A DNA stretch of 64,000 nt from Octopus bimaculoides. Taxonomy: Eukaryota. The first letter of the stretch is position 1. Every line of letters begins with the position of its first letter. Under the pieces are notes generated by a model. It ran no database searches. It was not told the origin of the DNA and saw nothing but the letters and a program-made list of their open reading frames with translations. Shown one piece after another: positions 23,951-37,139 of the stretch. The position numbers and the translations under genes were made by a program. The DNA is taken from assembly GCF_001194135.2 (NCBI RefSeq), contig NC_068981.1, positions 78,133,285 to 78,197,284 on the forward strand. Reading direction: 5' to 3'.

Positions 23951-25492
23951 TAGAAGAAATTATTTCTTTTTTAAATAGAAAGCTAAATCTGCACACCATG
24001 CTGAAGACATTTCTAATTAAAAGGATGAGTAAGAGATGGAAAATATTCTAAAAACCACTAAGATTATCTTTATCCCCTAATGAATAATACAAGTGCTATT
24101 ATTTTGCTTTTAAAGCTGCATCATAAATGAAATAACATTACCCATAATACTTATTAACTTACAGGAGTTAGTAAATAGAACTGTTTTCTGATCATACACC
24201 AAAGAAAATGTCATATGAGAAATTTATTCCAGCTGACAGCTACTGGTGAGGAATGAACATGACAAAGATTATGGGTTTTGTGTGGTGGTGGTATAGCATG
24301 CAGGTTGTTTAAGGTGAAAAAAAAAAGAGTTTATATTGTGTGTGCATATGAGCATGTGTGTGTTTTATGATTTTTAGACACACACAGACATATATGCTCT
24401 GACTCTCAAGTCTTGAAATCAAGATGATTTGTAACTTTCATGGAAATCTATTTTTATTAGCATTAGCTTTTCCAGATGAAGGAAAATATAAAAGGAAGAA
24501 TATACTCAACTGTTTTAGATGATTTTATTTTCGGCTTGTGATCAAGTTGTCAACCGAAAGTTTATTTTTACTTCCCATTATGTTAGTTTAGTTTCTTAGA
24601 CAATTGTTTTGATTGTTTAAATTTTTGATTTATATTATTTCCATTTTTATTTTCATTTTCTACACTCAACCCTCCTATCTATTTAAAACTTTGGAGATGG
24701 TATTTTTTTATATCATTAAGTGCACACAAACACATACGTACACGCACTTCTACCGTTCTCTCGGAGTCTATAATTGAAGAGAAAGTTGAAATTTGCAATT
24801 AACTACTGGTCGGTTGGGCTAATCTGATTTCAGACTTGGCTTCTATATTTTAAATTATCAAAGTACAAAAATCTGTTGTTATTAGACTAGCCATGACATT
24901 GTGTCCTTAGCAGAATGAGGATTATTATCCTGCTGATTTTAGCATATTAGCTAATAACCTAAACTATAACAATTACTTATTTTAAGCTTGGAATTATGAA
25001 GGTCTTTCAAGTTTAATATAGCTAACAAATTCAGTCATTTCTTCCCAGTACCCAACTTTACAGAAGCACCCAAGCAATAACATTAAATAGAAACAGATGT
25101 AAGATACATTTAGAAAATTAGAAAGAGGAAAGAAAAGAGATATAGAAACTGATATATAATAATTTATTGGTTGCATTTAAAAAAAGAAAACTTTTTCTGC
25201 TACCACCCCAAACATTTCTAAACAACTTCACTATTGTTAAGGACATTGCCCAGTCTTATATTTCATAAACTTCTTATCTTTTTTTCTTATCTATGCTACT
25301 GATGAGGAATAATATAATCATTGTAATTCCCCCGCCCCCAGTTATAAAGGCATTTATTTATTTAAATAAGGAGGGAGTAGGGAACATCTAGAAACCTAAG
25401 ATGTCTTGCTTTTTTAATGGGTATTGCAAGAAATACAGAAAGCTTTTCTGTTCATTTATTGCAAATTACCATTGGTCCATTGGTATCACATT

Positions 25493-25785
25493 GGCGCAGG
25501 CATGGCTGTGTGGTAAGAAGCTTGCTTTCCAGCCACATGGTTTTAGGTTCAGTTCCACTGTGTGGTACCTTGGGCAAATGTCTTCTACTATAACCTAAGG
25601 CCAACCAAAGACTTGTAAGTGGATTTGGTAGACAGAGGCTGAAAGAAGCCTTTCATATATATATATATATATTAATAAACAGAAAATGGAGAAAATCTCA
25701 GATCAACAAACACATCAATTGGACCATATTTATAGCTTATTATTTAATACAAAACATGACATAACATTTATGTGGCATGACTCTG

Positions 25786-25832
<47 letters not shown>

Positions 25833-26054
25833 TTGTGTATATGTTTGTCCCTCCTATCACTACTTGACAACCGGTGTTGGTGTGTTTACATCCCCATAAC
25901 TTAGCAGTTCAGCGATAGAGACTGATGGAATAAGTACTAAGCTTAGAAAAAATAATAGGTCCTGGGGTTGATCTGTTTGACTAAAACCCTTCAGGGTGGT
26001 GCTCCAGTATGGCCACAATGAAATGAATGAAAAAAGTAAAAGAATAAAAGAATA
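25493..26054 (+). mobile_element. Full-length bipartite CORE-like tRNA SINE with internal (TA)n
   Basis: tRNA-like head ggcgcaggcatggctgtgtggtaag...ggttcagttcc; CORE-like gtggtaccttgggcaaatg (25562-25580, cf. MIR GTGACCTTGGGCAAGT); tail ...aaagaataaaagaata. Confidence 0.85.
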
Positions 26055-26646
26055 GTTGCAGAGTTCCTTATCAATTGTTGAAGTAGGTATAGTGCTATTA
26101 TTAAGAGTAAGAGCTAGATTGTAGTGTTATATACTCTGCTTAAGGACTCAACACTACAGTTAAACCAGAATTATTGCTGATGTTGTTTAGTTTTGGCTGT
26201 GCTTTTTAACAGGCCAAGCAATCACACAGAGGCCTCAGTGTTGGCACACCCACTATAATCAAATTAGGCTGGGTTTTCCAGCAGTTCAAACAACCACACA
26301 GTATTGATATACCCCCTATAACCAAATTTAAACTTATTGGTTGGAATTATTAGCTACACACTATATTCACATTTTGTTTTTTTGCTTTTGTTTTTGTTTT
26401 TTAAGGCAGAGAGGGACTTGACACATCAATAATTATTTTCTTCTGTTTGATTGACTTTGCCTTATTTTTGGATGTGATGAAGGTCCTCATTGGCTGAAGC
26501 AAATTGATGATAGTGTTACAACATAGTATTTATGATATCAAGACCATGTAGATTTATGACATGTTGCAGTGCTTAATATATACATTCAAAATGTCAGTTT
26601 GATACTTGTGGTTGAACTCAGTGATAGATGCAGTGAGATAATTTAA

Positions 26647-26855
26647 CCCTTCAGCATTTAAACCAGCTGTATTTGACTAAAACATTCTACCTGTTTTATG
26701 TTCAAACTGACCAGATCCAGCCTCTCACACTTACCCTGCAATGACTTTCTAAAAATTTCATCATTGAAATCTCAAAGCTACAATGTAATGCATGATTAAT
26801 TCAAAGCATTGTGAATAAGCATCATATTTGACAGAGTAATCTGAATGCTGAGAGA
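26647..26855. mobile_element. piggyBac-like MITE flanked by TTAA
   Basis: TTAA|cccttcagcatt...aatgctgagaga|TTAA; homologous in inverted orientation to 29538-29758. Confidence 0.8.
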
Positions 26856-29537
26856 TTAAACATGACTGAGAAGGTCTTCAAGGAAAACATGTGGTTTAAG
26901 GATGGTAGCAATGATAGCATGAATATAATGTTTCCTTTTCTAAATTTGAACATTTACATGTCACTTGCATTAAATTTTTTGCCATTTTCTGAATTGTAAA
27001 GTTGCTATAATACTTGGTTTCAATCATACATACTTAAACAAATGAAGTTTTGTGGTCAGGCTGGTCTGGTGGTGCAACTAACCCTTCTTTAGGAAGCTTG
27101 ACATCACAGCCACCAAGGTTTCTCATTGTTTAAGAATATTAGGTTACCAAAAGTTTTCTTTAAATAAAGACTGCATCCTACATTTCTGTGAATTTATGCT
27201 TGGAGAAATTTAAGAAACTGCTTGGGTCAGTTTAGTTTTGAAGAATTTTGTTGGTGTTAAGAATGACTTTCAGGGAACATGATGTATCTTTTATATACCT
27301 TTGGAACAAGTCAACTATCAAGGTTAATCATCTCTTGTCTAATATATTTTGTTAAGCAAGCAATTAATTGTATTCTTGCCAACTTTGATGCATGTAGCAT
27401 TTCTCAAAAGGATGGAGAAAGCCTTGATATTTTCTTTCAATAGTTGTCACCATAATTGACTTTCTAATCTATGTGGTTTGTCATTCAACAAATATTAACT
27501 TGAGGCAGATTTTCTGAATCCTATATATATTTATTTATTTTTCTTCAGCATTTTCCAATATTATTTAGGACTGGTTGATTCTGAACGTTTTGACCTGACT
27601 TTACTATGAATTCATGCTAACTACTCAACAATCTCATGAGAACTATACTTTTATTTTCGGGTAGATAGAACAAGTAGCGTAAATTATATTTCTTTTAACT
27701 ACCACTAATTGCAGTGTTTGTAATTACCCTACAATTAGATAATGACTCAATGGTACCATAAAGGTTCTCTCTGTGTAATAGATTAATTCTTAACAATTCT
27801 GGGTTTAGATCTTTTCAATGTTGATTTAGCTCTTCTTCCCTCTTGGGTGGTGAATATCTGAACCTTAACATCACATCCACTGATGTTTCTAATTGATTGA
27901 GAATATTAAACAACCAAAAGTGTAATTTTCTTCAAATAAAAGTCCAAGCTTATGAAGCTATGAATTTATGCTTTCAGAACTTTTAAGATATTTGTGATTA
28001 AAGGTTCATCTAGGTTTGAGAAATTTGGGCAGTGATTAATCAAAAGTAAGATAATTATCATGTAAGATAGTTGTCAGATTCTTCTTTTGGTTAGTGTTTG
28101 GTACCACAGGTAATAATAGCCCTGGTTTATCAAAGGTAACTGGAACTAAACTGTAAACATTTCCATGCACTTTATGCTATCAATAAGGACTTGTATGTTT
28201 TCATTTCTGCAGCATCTTGATAATTCTTAAGAGCTGTCATAGTTTTCTCTATTCATCACTTTTTTCATTTTCATGAAGTAATTGCACTTGGTTTATAGTT
28301 TCATTAAAAATACCTGAAATGGTGAAACAAGCAAGGAGAATATGGTGCATCACATAAATCACTTGAGTTGCTCAGATTAGAACAACAGTCTGAAAACTAC
28401 TGTAAAAAATATTGTCTGAAAGAAATTTTGACTGAAATTGAACAAAATAGTGTTACTAAATTAATCTTAATTCTTGAATATTATTTGTTAAGCAATAATT
28501 GGGTTTGTGAACTGGTACTTATAGCAACACTCTTTGAGTATATAATTTATTTTACTTTAAACTTTGATCTCAAACAGAATTAATATTTTCCAAGTTTCTT
28601 GAAGCGAAATAATGACAGGCAATATTTTTATTCTTTAGAGCACCCTAATTTTAATTTTCATATAAGCTTGTCATTGATACTTTTAATCTTTGATTTAAAA
28701 CAGCATCAAAGAGTGCGTACACTTTCTACAGACTAATAACTTTACTCTTACTATTTTCTGGGCTTCTTTTTCTTTTATATTATATACATTTATTTATCTA
28801 TAGCGTGTTATAGGTGTGGCTTTTTGCAGAACATAATTTGATAACTTACTGTGAAGTATTGGTTTACTCTGAGGTGGCTGTTGTTATTAGGATTTTTTTT
28901 CATTCAATTTATATATTGAGTCAGTTCACAAAAGCGGGCTTTTTTTTTATCTTTTCCTTTTATATTTGAAAAGAATAATCCTTTGCTTATTAAATCACTA
29001 CATATATTTGAGAACTCTTTGATAAAGTACTAGTTTGACAAAATGGATAGTATCAAAGACTGTGATAAGAATATCTCAGGTAAACAGAATCCAGCAAACA
29101 TTAGCTGAATAACCATAGATATCTGAAATGATTAGCTTTGTGTCTAGAAGTAAAAAAAAAAAAAATATATCAAATGTAAATAAAATTTTGATTTTTGTTT
29201 GGTGGACCATATAATCAGTATGAGAAGCTATAGAGTATATTCATTATTGTTAGATTAAAACAATGAAATGTCCATAAGTATCTTGTCACCCACCCATTCT
29301 ACATGATTGGAGTAACTGGATATAGATCGAGCTGCTTTAACTTAAATTATTAAAAAGTATTGGTTGAAGAGAAAAATGTAACTGAAAGGAAATGACACTG
29401 AAAAAGTAGGTTTGTGTAATGGTTATAATGTGAAGAGGATTGGAAGGTCCAGTGATGGAATTGACTTTTTGTGACAAGAGGAAAGAAGTTTCTTCCAACC
29501 ATCACATGCATACTTTCATAGAATAATATCAGTTTAA

Positions 29538-29758
29538 CCCTTTAGCATTTAAATTATTCTGTCAAAAGTATTGCTTATTTATTCACATTTAAAAAAAATT
29601 AATCATGTATTATCTCACAGCTTTGAAATTTCAAAGATGCGATTGTTGATTTTTTAGATGATGTTGTAGGGTAGGTGTGAAAGATCGGTTTTGGCCAATT
29701 TGAACATAAAACCAGTGAAAGATCTGGGCCTAATATGGCCAGTTTAAATCCTACAGGG
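29538..29758. mobile_element. piggyBac-like MITE flanked by TTAA (second copy, inverted)
   Basis: TTAA|ccctttagcatttaaa...tttaaatcctacaggg|TTAA. Confidence 0.85.
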
Positions 29759-29807
29759 TTAAAGTGATAATGTATGAGGAGTTAAGAGTTCAGTCATAAC
29801 TAACTAC

Positions 29808-30172
29808 CTTTTACTTTTACTTGTTTCAGTCATTGGACTACAACCATGCTGGGGCGCACTGCCTTGAAAACATTTAGTCGAACGAATTGACCCCAGTACT
29901 TATTATTTTTTTAAACCTGATATTCTATTGGTCTCTTTTGCCAAATCACTTAACTATGGGGATGTTAACAAACCAACACTAGTTCTCAAGTGGTTGTGGG
30001 GGAACAGACACAAAGACACACACACACATGCAACAGGTTTCTTTCAGTTTCCATCCACCAAATCCACTCACAAAACTTTGGTCAGCCCAAGACTATAGAA
30101 GAAGAGACCCAAGTTACCATGCAGTGGGACTGAACCAAGCAAACTTCTAACCATCCGGTCATACCTGTGCCT
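29808..30172 (-). mobile_element. CORE-like SINE
   Basis: cttttacttgtttcagtc...ccatgctggggc...ccaaatccactcac...gcagtgggactgaacc. Confidence 0.85.
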
Positions 30173-30333
30173 AATTATTAATTTATTCTTTCATCCATTA
30201 AGGGTTAATGAAATAAATGCTAGGAAAGGATTCTGTTAAAGTGTAATTTCTGGATAGCAATAATGCTAAAATCATACTTTTCCTCAGAAGCTTGGTCTGC
30301 ACCTTGAATACTGTTGTTTTATTTCTTTTGCAG

Positions 30334-30426
30334 CATATTTAATCTTCAATATTTTGACATCTAAATACTTTTCAGTGTTGGAATCTAATACAATGACTTC
30401 ACTTAGACAATTTCTATGGAGAAAAG
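30334..30426 (+). CDS. Candidate coding exon (YLIFNILTSKYFSVLESNTMTSLRQFLWRK)
   Basis: ttttatttcttttgcag| ... AAG|gtatag; 93 nt, only the phase-1 frame is open. Confidence 0.3.
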
Positions 30427-30927
30427 GTATAGTTGATGAATTTCAATGCTAACATTAATGCAATTAACTTTGGTTTAAGCATACAAACATAAGATACTAA
30501 ATTACTTTTACCCTTTAGATAATTGACAAAGTGAAGGGGCAATGCCTATGGTCTATGTAAACCTCATACTGGTTAGATTGTTCATCCTCACCATCTGGAG
30601 GAAATTGAGTCGCGGTAGTGGAGGGGGAACTAGTTAAAATACTTAGAACTCCATTGAAGTCACCCAAGAACCAGGTGGTAGTGTTTAAACCAGACAGCTT
30701 AAGCTTTACTAATCATAGATGTTACTGAAGCAACATCTTATTTGGTTCTCTATCTAGATATCATCAACTTGCTTTGGTTTTAAAGTTTTCAAAACTTTTT
30801 TTAATGAACAGGAAATAAATCATGAATAAGAAATAACACATACATCATTCATTTAGACATTTATTTTCAACAATTTACATTCTATTTTTAACTTGTTTTT
30901 CCGTTAATAAGACATACAAACACACTT

Positions 30928-30966
<39 letters not shown>

Positions 30967-31139
30967 ACACAATAAAATTATACAAAGACAAACTCCAGAG
31001 ATCCATAATATCCCAAATAAACCTACCTATATGTTTATTTGCCAAACAAGTAGACAGTATTATCAAAATTTACCCCCAGAGAAATATAGTATAAGGTCAC
31101 CTAAAAATGTTACAGATTTTAGGTGGAACTAATTTCTCC

Positions 31140-31640
31140 TAAGTTGTAGAAAGTTTATTGTGCCAAACTCTTATTGTGAAGGGTACCTGTGGGGGGGGGG
31201 GCGTAGACCCAGGAAGATGTGGGATGAAGTGTTGAGAAAAGATCTTCGGATGCTGGGCCTCAATGTAGAAATGACAACAGACCAGGAGATGTGGCGATTT
31301 GCTGTACTTGATAAGATGCATCAAGCTAAGTGAAATCGCTGTCTTCTACCCATACAGGCTTGTCCTTCAGGTGCTGGCGCCGCTTAGAAGTCACCCGTGC
31401 CAGTGCTGCATCAACTCACCCATACTGATGCTATGTAAATGCACCCATGCTAGTGATACGTAAAAAGCCCCCAGCACACTCTGTTAAGAGGTTGGCATTA
31501 GGAAGGGCATCCAGCCATAGAAACCATATCACAACAGACAGTTGGAGTCTGGACAGCTCCCTGCTAGCCAGCTCCATCTGAAACCATCCAACCCATGTCA
31601 GCATGGAAAAAGAATGCTAAGCAATGATGATGATGATCCC
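31140..31640 (+). mobile_element. RTE LINE 3' end (ORF end, 3' UTR and (GAT)n tail)
   Basis: RPRKMWDEVLRKDLRMLGLNVEMTTDQEMWRFAVL...* followed by the aggaagggcatccagcc...aacccatg.cagcatggaaaa...(GAT)n tail. Confidence 0.9.
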
Positions 31641-31729
31641 AGTGGTAAAAACAATAGAAATGATGATAATGAATGTATAAAACCACCCATGATACCAACA
31701 AATTTATTCAAAAAAAAAGAACATTTTAT

Positions 31730-33320
31730 TCATATTATGTACAGCTGAAGTATCTTTACAGTGCACACATGGTAATTTTTATAGAGAACCAGATGAAGTA
31801 GCCATGGGTTCCCCCTTAAGATGTACATTTTCAGAATGTAGATACATAATATACACCAGATATGTAGATGATAGTAGACATTGAAGAATGTTGAGAAGCT
31901 AAAAAAAAAACCGAGAAACAACTTTGGACTAAAATTTAACACAGGAATTATATACAAGTGGGACACCGTATTTGGAGTATAAATACAGATGGAAAAGACA
32001 AATACGTTATGTCAACATACACCTAAGAATAAAATAAATGCATACACCTTCATGGAGATAATGAATGCTCATACATCTGTAAGTTGTCAGTGGTAAATCA
32101 CTTCTTTGGAATGTATTTATATTCTTGTCCACAAATGAGGCACAAGAGAAAGAAAAGCAGAGAATAGAACAAACATTAATTCATAATCGATATCCTAAGA
32201 GACTAGTGGACCTAACTTTAGAAAGAACATAGACACAAGTACTATACAACATATATATCAAAGAGTATGCCCAATAAAATACATAAAACATACATAAAAC
32301 TATCATATGAATTAAATACACAAAAATTATCAGATAGCTATATATTGTAAAACATCATAAAACAGAAGGCAAAATGCATTACACCTGACCATAAACTTAA
32401 ACTAATGATATACTTCAAAAACACCAAAAGCAAAATCTTCCTTCACAATAGCACACTACAAGCATATGAACCCAAAAGCAAGCTACTAATGATGTAATCT
32501 ACAAATTAGACCATTTATGACTGAAAGTTGTAAGCAGCTGTTACATTGGACGCACTAGTACAACACTCTCTCATAGGCACACCATGCATTTACAACAAGG
32601 AACAATCACAGCACTCTTTTACCATACACCACAAAACAAAATTTGATAGAAAAATATTCTTCTTCTTTTATCCTGTTACTTGTTTCAGTCTTTGGGCTAT
32701 GACCATGCTGGGGCAATACTTTGAAGGGGTTTAGTGAAATGAATTGTCCCCAATACTAATTTTTTTTTTTTTTTTTTTTTTGTAAGCCTGGTACTTATTC
32801 TGTTGGTCTTTTTTGCCAAACCACTAGGTATCCGAGAAGTAAACAGACTAACTCCAGTTGTGAAGCAACAGTAGGGGACAAACACAAAGGCTCACATGTA
32901 TATGCATATGATAGGCTTCTTTCAGTTTTCTTGTATCAAATCCATTCACAAGGCTTTGGTCAGCCTTAGGCTATGGTAGAAGACTCTTCCGGAAAGTGCC
33001 ATGCAGTAGAACTGAACCTGGATGATATTTATACACTCTACAAAATTCCCTACAAAATTAGAAGATTAATCTTGTAAGTAATACTCATACTGCAACATAT
33101 GCCAAAATAAACACACAGCACACATATCAAAAAATGAACACATGGCTACTTGTATGAAAACCTAATGATCAAAAATTTGACCACAACAAAACAAATCAAC
33201 ACCTGACTGCTAACATAGAACCCATGGATTCAAACATTATGTAAGAAATAATTCTGATGCCAAACCCATTAAATTTCTGAGAAAGAGACTGTAAAGGTTT
33301 GGAAGCATTTGATATGAATT
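31730..33320 (+). mobile_element. Decayed Penelope-like element (RT plus GIY-YIG)
   Basis: VAMGSPL (31798-31818), RYVDD (31858-31872), NRYPKRLV (about 32185), YIGRTSTTLSHR..MH (32542 onward), endonuclease C-terminus after the SINE insertion. Confidence 0.85.
32660..33025 (-). mobile_element. CORE-like SINE nested in the Penelope endonuclease region
   Basis: Same family as 29808-30172; Penelope homology resumes at about 33030. Confidence 0.85.
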
Positions 33321-33484
33321 TAAGAACTTCGTTGTTCCAACTAATAAGAAAATCCACGAAGAAAATCTGTTACAGAAATGATAAAACTTAAACACAATCA
33401 TATATTTAATGAAATATGTTTAAACGAAAAGTTGTTGTCCGTGTACACACACACACACACACACACATGCACGCACGCGTGTAG

Positions 33485-33620
33485 TTGGTATTAGGAAGGA
33501 CATACAATTAGAAACCATGTCAAAACTGACAACAGAGCTTTGCACAGTTTTCTGGTTTGCCAGCTTCTATCAAACTGTCCAGCATGGAATGTGGACATTA
33601 AATGGTGATGGTGATGATGG
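33485..33620 (+). mobile_element. RTE 3' tail fragment
   Basis: ggtattaggaagg...aaactgtccagcatggaatgtggacattaaatggtgatg. Confidence 0.7.
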
Positions 33621-34733
33621 TTATATATATATGTGTGTATGTGTGTAAGCACACACACATACATACATACACATGCATATAAACACACACACATATATGA
33701 GTTTTTTTATTGAATAGTTAGGCTCACTAATGTGCTTTTGGTTGCTAGGTCATGTAGGGGTAAAGTCACCTAGTGTGGTTTATTTTGGTATCTCATAAAA
33801 TAAAAATAAAAAGCATCAGCCAATTATATCTTTGATCACACATGCTTTGTGTTCTGGAACTAGGAACTATGGTAGCTATAAAAAATGTTAATATGCTTGC
33901 CTTTGCTCCTTGCAAATTGGGTTAAATTAATAGCCTAGCTAAGGTAGTGGAAAGGGTCAGAGAACAGCATAGAGATTGATAAATGCATAAAAATAGGGAG
34001 AAGGCTGACAACTTAATGACTTCATGTGAACAAAATAACATTTCTTTCCCCCTTTCTTTCTTCCTGATGCTATTTAAATCTGGTCAATTAGTATATTTCA
34101 TGGTTTGACAGCAAGAAATGACCCTGAAACAAACAAAACATCTATATTCTACCTGGTAGTCCAAAATAAGTGAGACTTCAGTCCCCAGTTCTGTTGTTGA
34201 TAATAATATTTATAGAGCAGTACAGAGGATTAAGATAATAGAGAGGTATATTTGAGGCAATTCTGAATTCATCTTACTGGTTCGCTGTTAACATTCATCC
34301 TTTTCATAGCCAGCGAAACAAGTCTCTCAAGTCACTTTTTCTCTGAGAAATATCAGCCAAAATACCTTATATAAGATAATGTTGTCCTGGGTTCTGTGCA
34401 CATAAAAAAAAGATGGGATGGTCTCAGTTGGAATGCTTTTTTTGTCATGAGTCTGATCAGGGCTGTCTTGGTTAAATAGCATCCTTCGAAACTTAATGAA
34501 ATGATTGTTCTAAACTAAGCCCAATCAGTTAACCATATCATCATAATTTGTATCATATTTTGTTATAAATATTTTCTGTTAAATCATTAAGGGTATAGTG
34601 GAGGATATTTTTGTGTAAAGAAAAAAAACATTGGTTCATCAGTTGTCAAATATTCTCTCCCCTTTCATAAATGATTTTGCTCAACACTCTAATAAAATTT
34701 TCATTAATTTTATAGTGTCCCTATTACTTACAG

Positions 34734-34820
34734 CGGAGATCTTTGAGAATTACCTGTCTTTAGGACAATACAGTTTTAGAGATGTTATACAAATCAAACA
34801 TCACTCCTTGAGCAAAGGAG
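34734..34820 (+). CDS. Candidate coding exon (EIFENYLSLGQYSFRDVIQIKHHSLSKG)
   Basis: ccctattacttacag| ... GAG|gttggg; 87 nt, phase 1-1; weak donor. Confidence 0.2.
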
Positions 34821-36039
34821 GTTGGGATCCCTTTGAGCTACAACTGACTACTTTTGAGAATATTACACAGCAAAGATTAAATAAATAATATTCTTAGCTA
34901 TAAATTTATCTTGCTGACCTCCTATTATAAATCCACTGTTCTTTCTCACTTAGTATACATAACTCATTTCCAATATACACCCAGTAGCCTCAACAAGAAG
35001 TTGGCCTTTACTTTTCATATAATTGTTCAATCATATATATATATCCCTTTTGTTCCCTTAAAACAATAGGTAGGTAAATTTTCTTCATGATTTATTATTG
35101 TTATTCATTTTTTTTTCTTTCTTTTGCTTTCATGATAATGTAGTCTTACCATCTCTGATGTTTTCTACGAATCTTCAAATGTTTATATAAAGTGTTTATA
35201 TTTTACTCTCCAGTTGCTGTGGTTTATGACAGTCATTCTTTTCATCTCTTTGTTACATGATAAACTATATTTTTCTTTTGGTAGATATATTTTACAAAAG
35301 TCTTCTTTGAAAAAAACATTTTTTTTTTTGTTTTACTTTAATGTGCACACACACACACACACTTGTTTAATTTTCTCAAACCTTTTTATTGTTTGTGATT
35401 TTACTTTCATCCATTGGTTTAGTTTCTCTATTTCTCTAGTTTATGTTCTACCACTTTTTTTCTCTATAGTGTACTTTCCACAGTTGTTTGAGGCCTTTCG
35501 TTTCAGAAAATTTAATATCAGATTGTTTTTTCTCACCCTTTTCAATTATTACTTGGCCTGTTTTGTCAATCAAAAGATTTGTCACCTTGTATCTCATTCT
35601 ATTGCATTCAAGCTTTTTCTTTAATGTTTTACCCAGTATTGTAATTTTATGTTTAATAACATTCCACCTCTTTGTTGCCTGTCTTGAATGACTCCCTATT
35701 TTACTGTGGTTTTATTTGACATTTCATATATTTTAAAAATCATAACTTCTCAGTAATATTCTAGTGATTTGTTTGTACAGATATTATATTGATGTTAGTT
35801 GTTGCGGCAGCTGCTCATAGTGTTTATTATTGGTTCTATCATCTATATATTCTCTGGTTGCAAAAATCTTGTTCACTTTAAATCTAACTTGTAACAGGTG
35901 CTAATATTTTGTCAAGCTATTTACTTTTCCTTTTTCTATTTTCATTTGCCCAAGTATTGTTATTTGATTAATGATAATGTTAGGCTGTCACACTACTACT
36001 ACTACTACTACAATTACTACCACCAACACTTCTACTATT

Positions 36040-36235
36040 AGTAGGGTGGTGAGCTTCTAGAATCAGTGGAATATCATATAAAGTACCTTAAGGTATTTGT
36101 TCCAACCCTGTGTGTTGTGTTCAAATTCTGGGGTTGATAAAATAAAAACAGCCAAGAATAGGAGTCAATGTAACTAACTGCTACCTCTCCATAAATTTCT
36201 GGCCTTGTGCCTATGTAAGTAATTATTATTATTAT
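36040..36235 (+). mobile_element. Decayed tRNA-SINE (type B tail)
   Basis: ggtggtgagct...gttcaaattct...ggccttgtgcc (36201-36211), then (ATT)n. Confidence 0.7.
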
Positions 36236-36278
36236 CAGTAGTAGCAATAGTTTTAGATGACCAAGTATGAGTGTCAGA

Positions 36279-36484
36279 CAACGAGGCAAAATGCTTAGCG
36301 GTATTTTGTCTGCCGTTACATTCTGAGTTCAAATTCCACCGAGGTCGACTTTGCCTTTCATCCTCTCGGGGGCGATAAATTAAGTACCAGTTACGCACTG
36401 GGGTCAATGTAATCAACTTAATCCCTTTGTCTGTCCTTGTTTGTCCCCTCTATGTTTAGTTCCTTGTGGGAAATAAAGAAATAA
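36279..36484 (+). mobile_element. Young 5'-truncated tRNA-SINE (type A tail) with 16-bp TSD
   Basis: Nearly identical to 9076-9312; TSD aagt(a/g)tgagtgtcaga at 36263-36278 and 36483-36498. Confidence 0.95.
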
Positions 36485-36599
36485 GTGTGAGTGTCAGATG
36501 AATGCATCACAGTTCTGGTTCCAAATTATAATTCTGTCAGAGTATACTATTCTTGAATTATTTTCTCTTTTCTGTCTTGGAATGATGAAATAAATACTT

Positions 36600-36745
36600 T
36601 CCTACTTTAGGCACAAGGCCCCAAATTTTGGGGGAGTGTTGGGGGGGGGGCAGTCAATTAGATCAACACCAGTACACAACTGGTACTTAAATTATCAACC
36701 CCGAAAGGATGAAAGGCAAAGTTGACTTCAGTGGAATAATGTAAA
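36600..36745 (-). mobile_element. tRNA-SINE fragment (type B tail), inverted relative to its neighbour
   Basis: ggcacaaggcc...ctggtacttaaattatcaaccccgaaaggatgaaaggcaaagttgac. Confidence 0.85.
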
Positions 36746-37139
36746 GACAAATGAAATAAATGATAAAATAAATACTGGCAATATATGGAGGTCAGTTCGG
36801 TCAACAACTTTCCATTCTCTTTCCTATCACAAATTGTCTTTGTGCATTAGTGTAATAAAAAAAACTCCGCATAAGAGTAAAGGAAAATAGAACTACAATT
36901 CCATTTCTTAATCTCTAAAATAACTTGTGTTGTTATCTTTTGCATAATCTATATGGAAAGAAAATACACTTCACATTTCAAATTTGTTTTGTGCAATTTT
37001 TATGTATCAGAGACAGAGATAATTGCGGATTGTTCCCATTAAAAATTTGTGCTTGGAGACAATATTTGCTGGTTAGATAAAAAGAAATGAAACTAAGGTT
37101 ATATCGTGAGAAATGGGTTTTAATTCATTTTCAAGTTTC

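Noticed and set aside
26900-28800. Possible decayed Penelope element on the - strand
   Set aside because: Motif-like fragments could not be placed in a consistent order; left unassigned.
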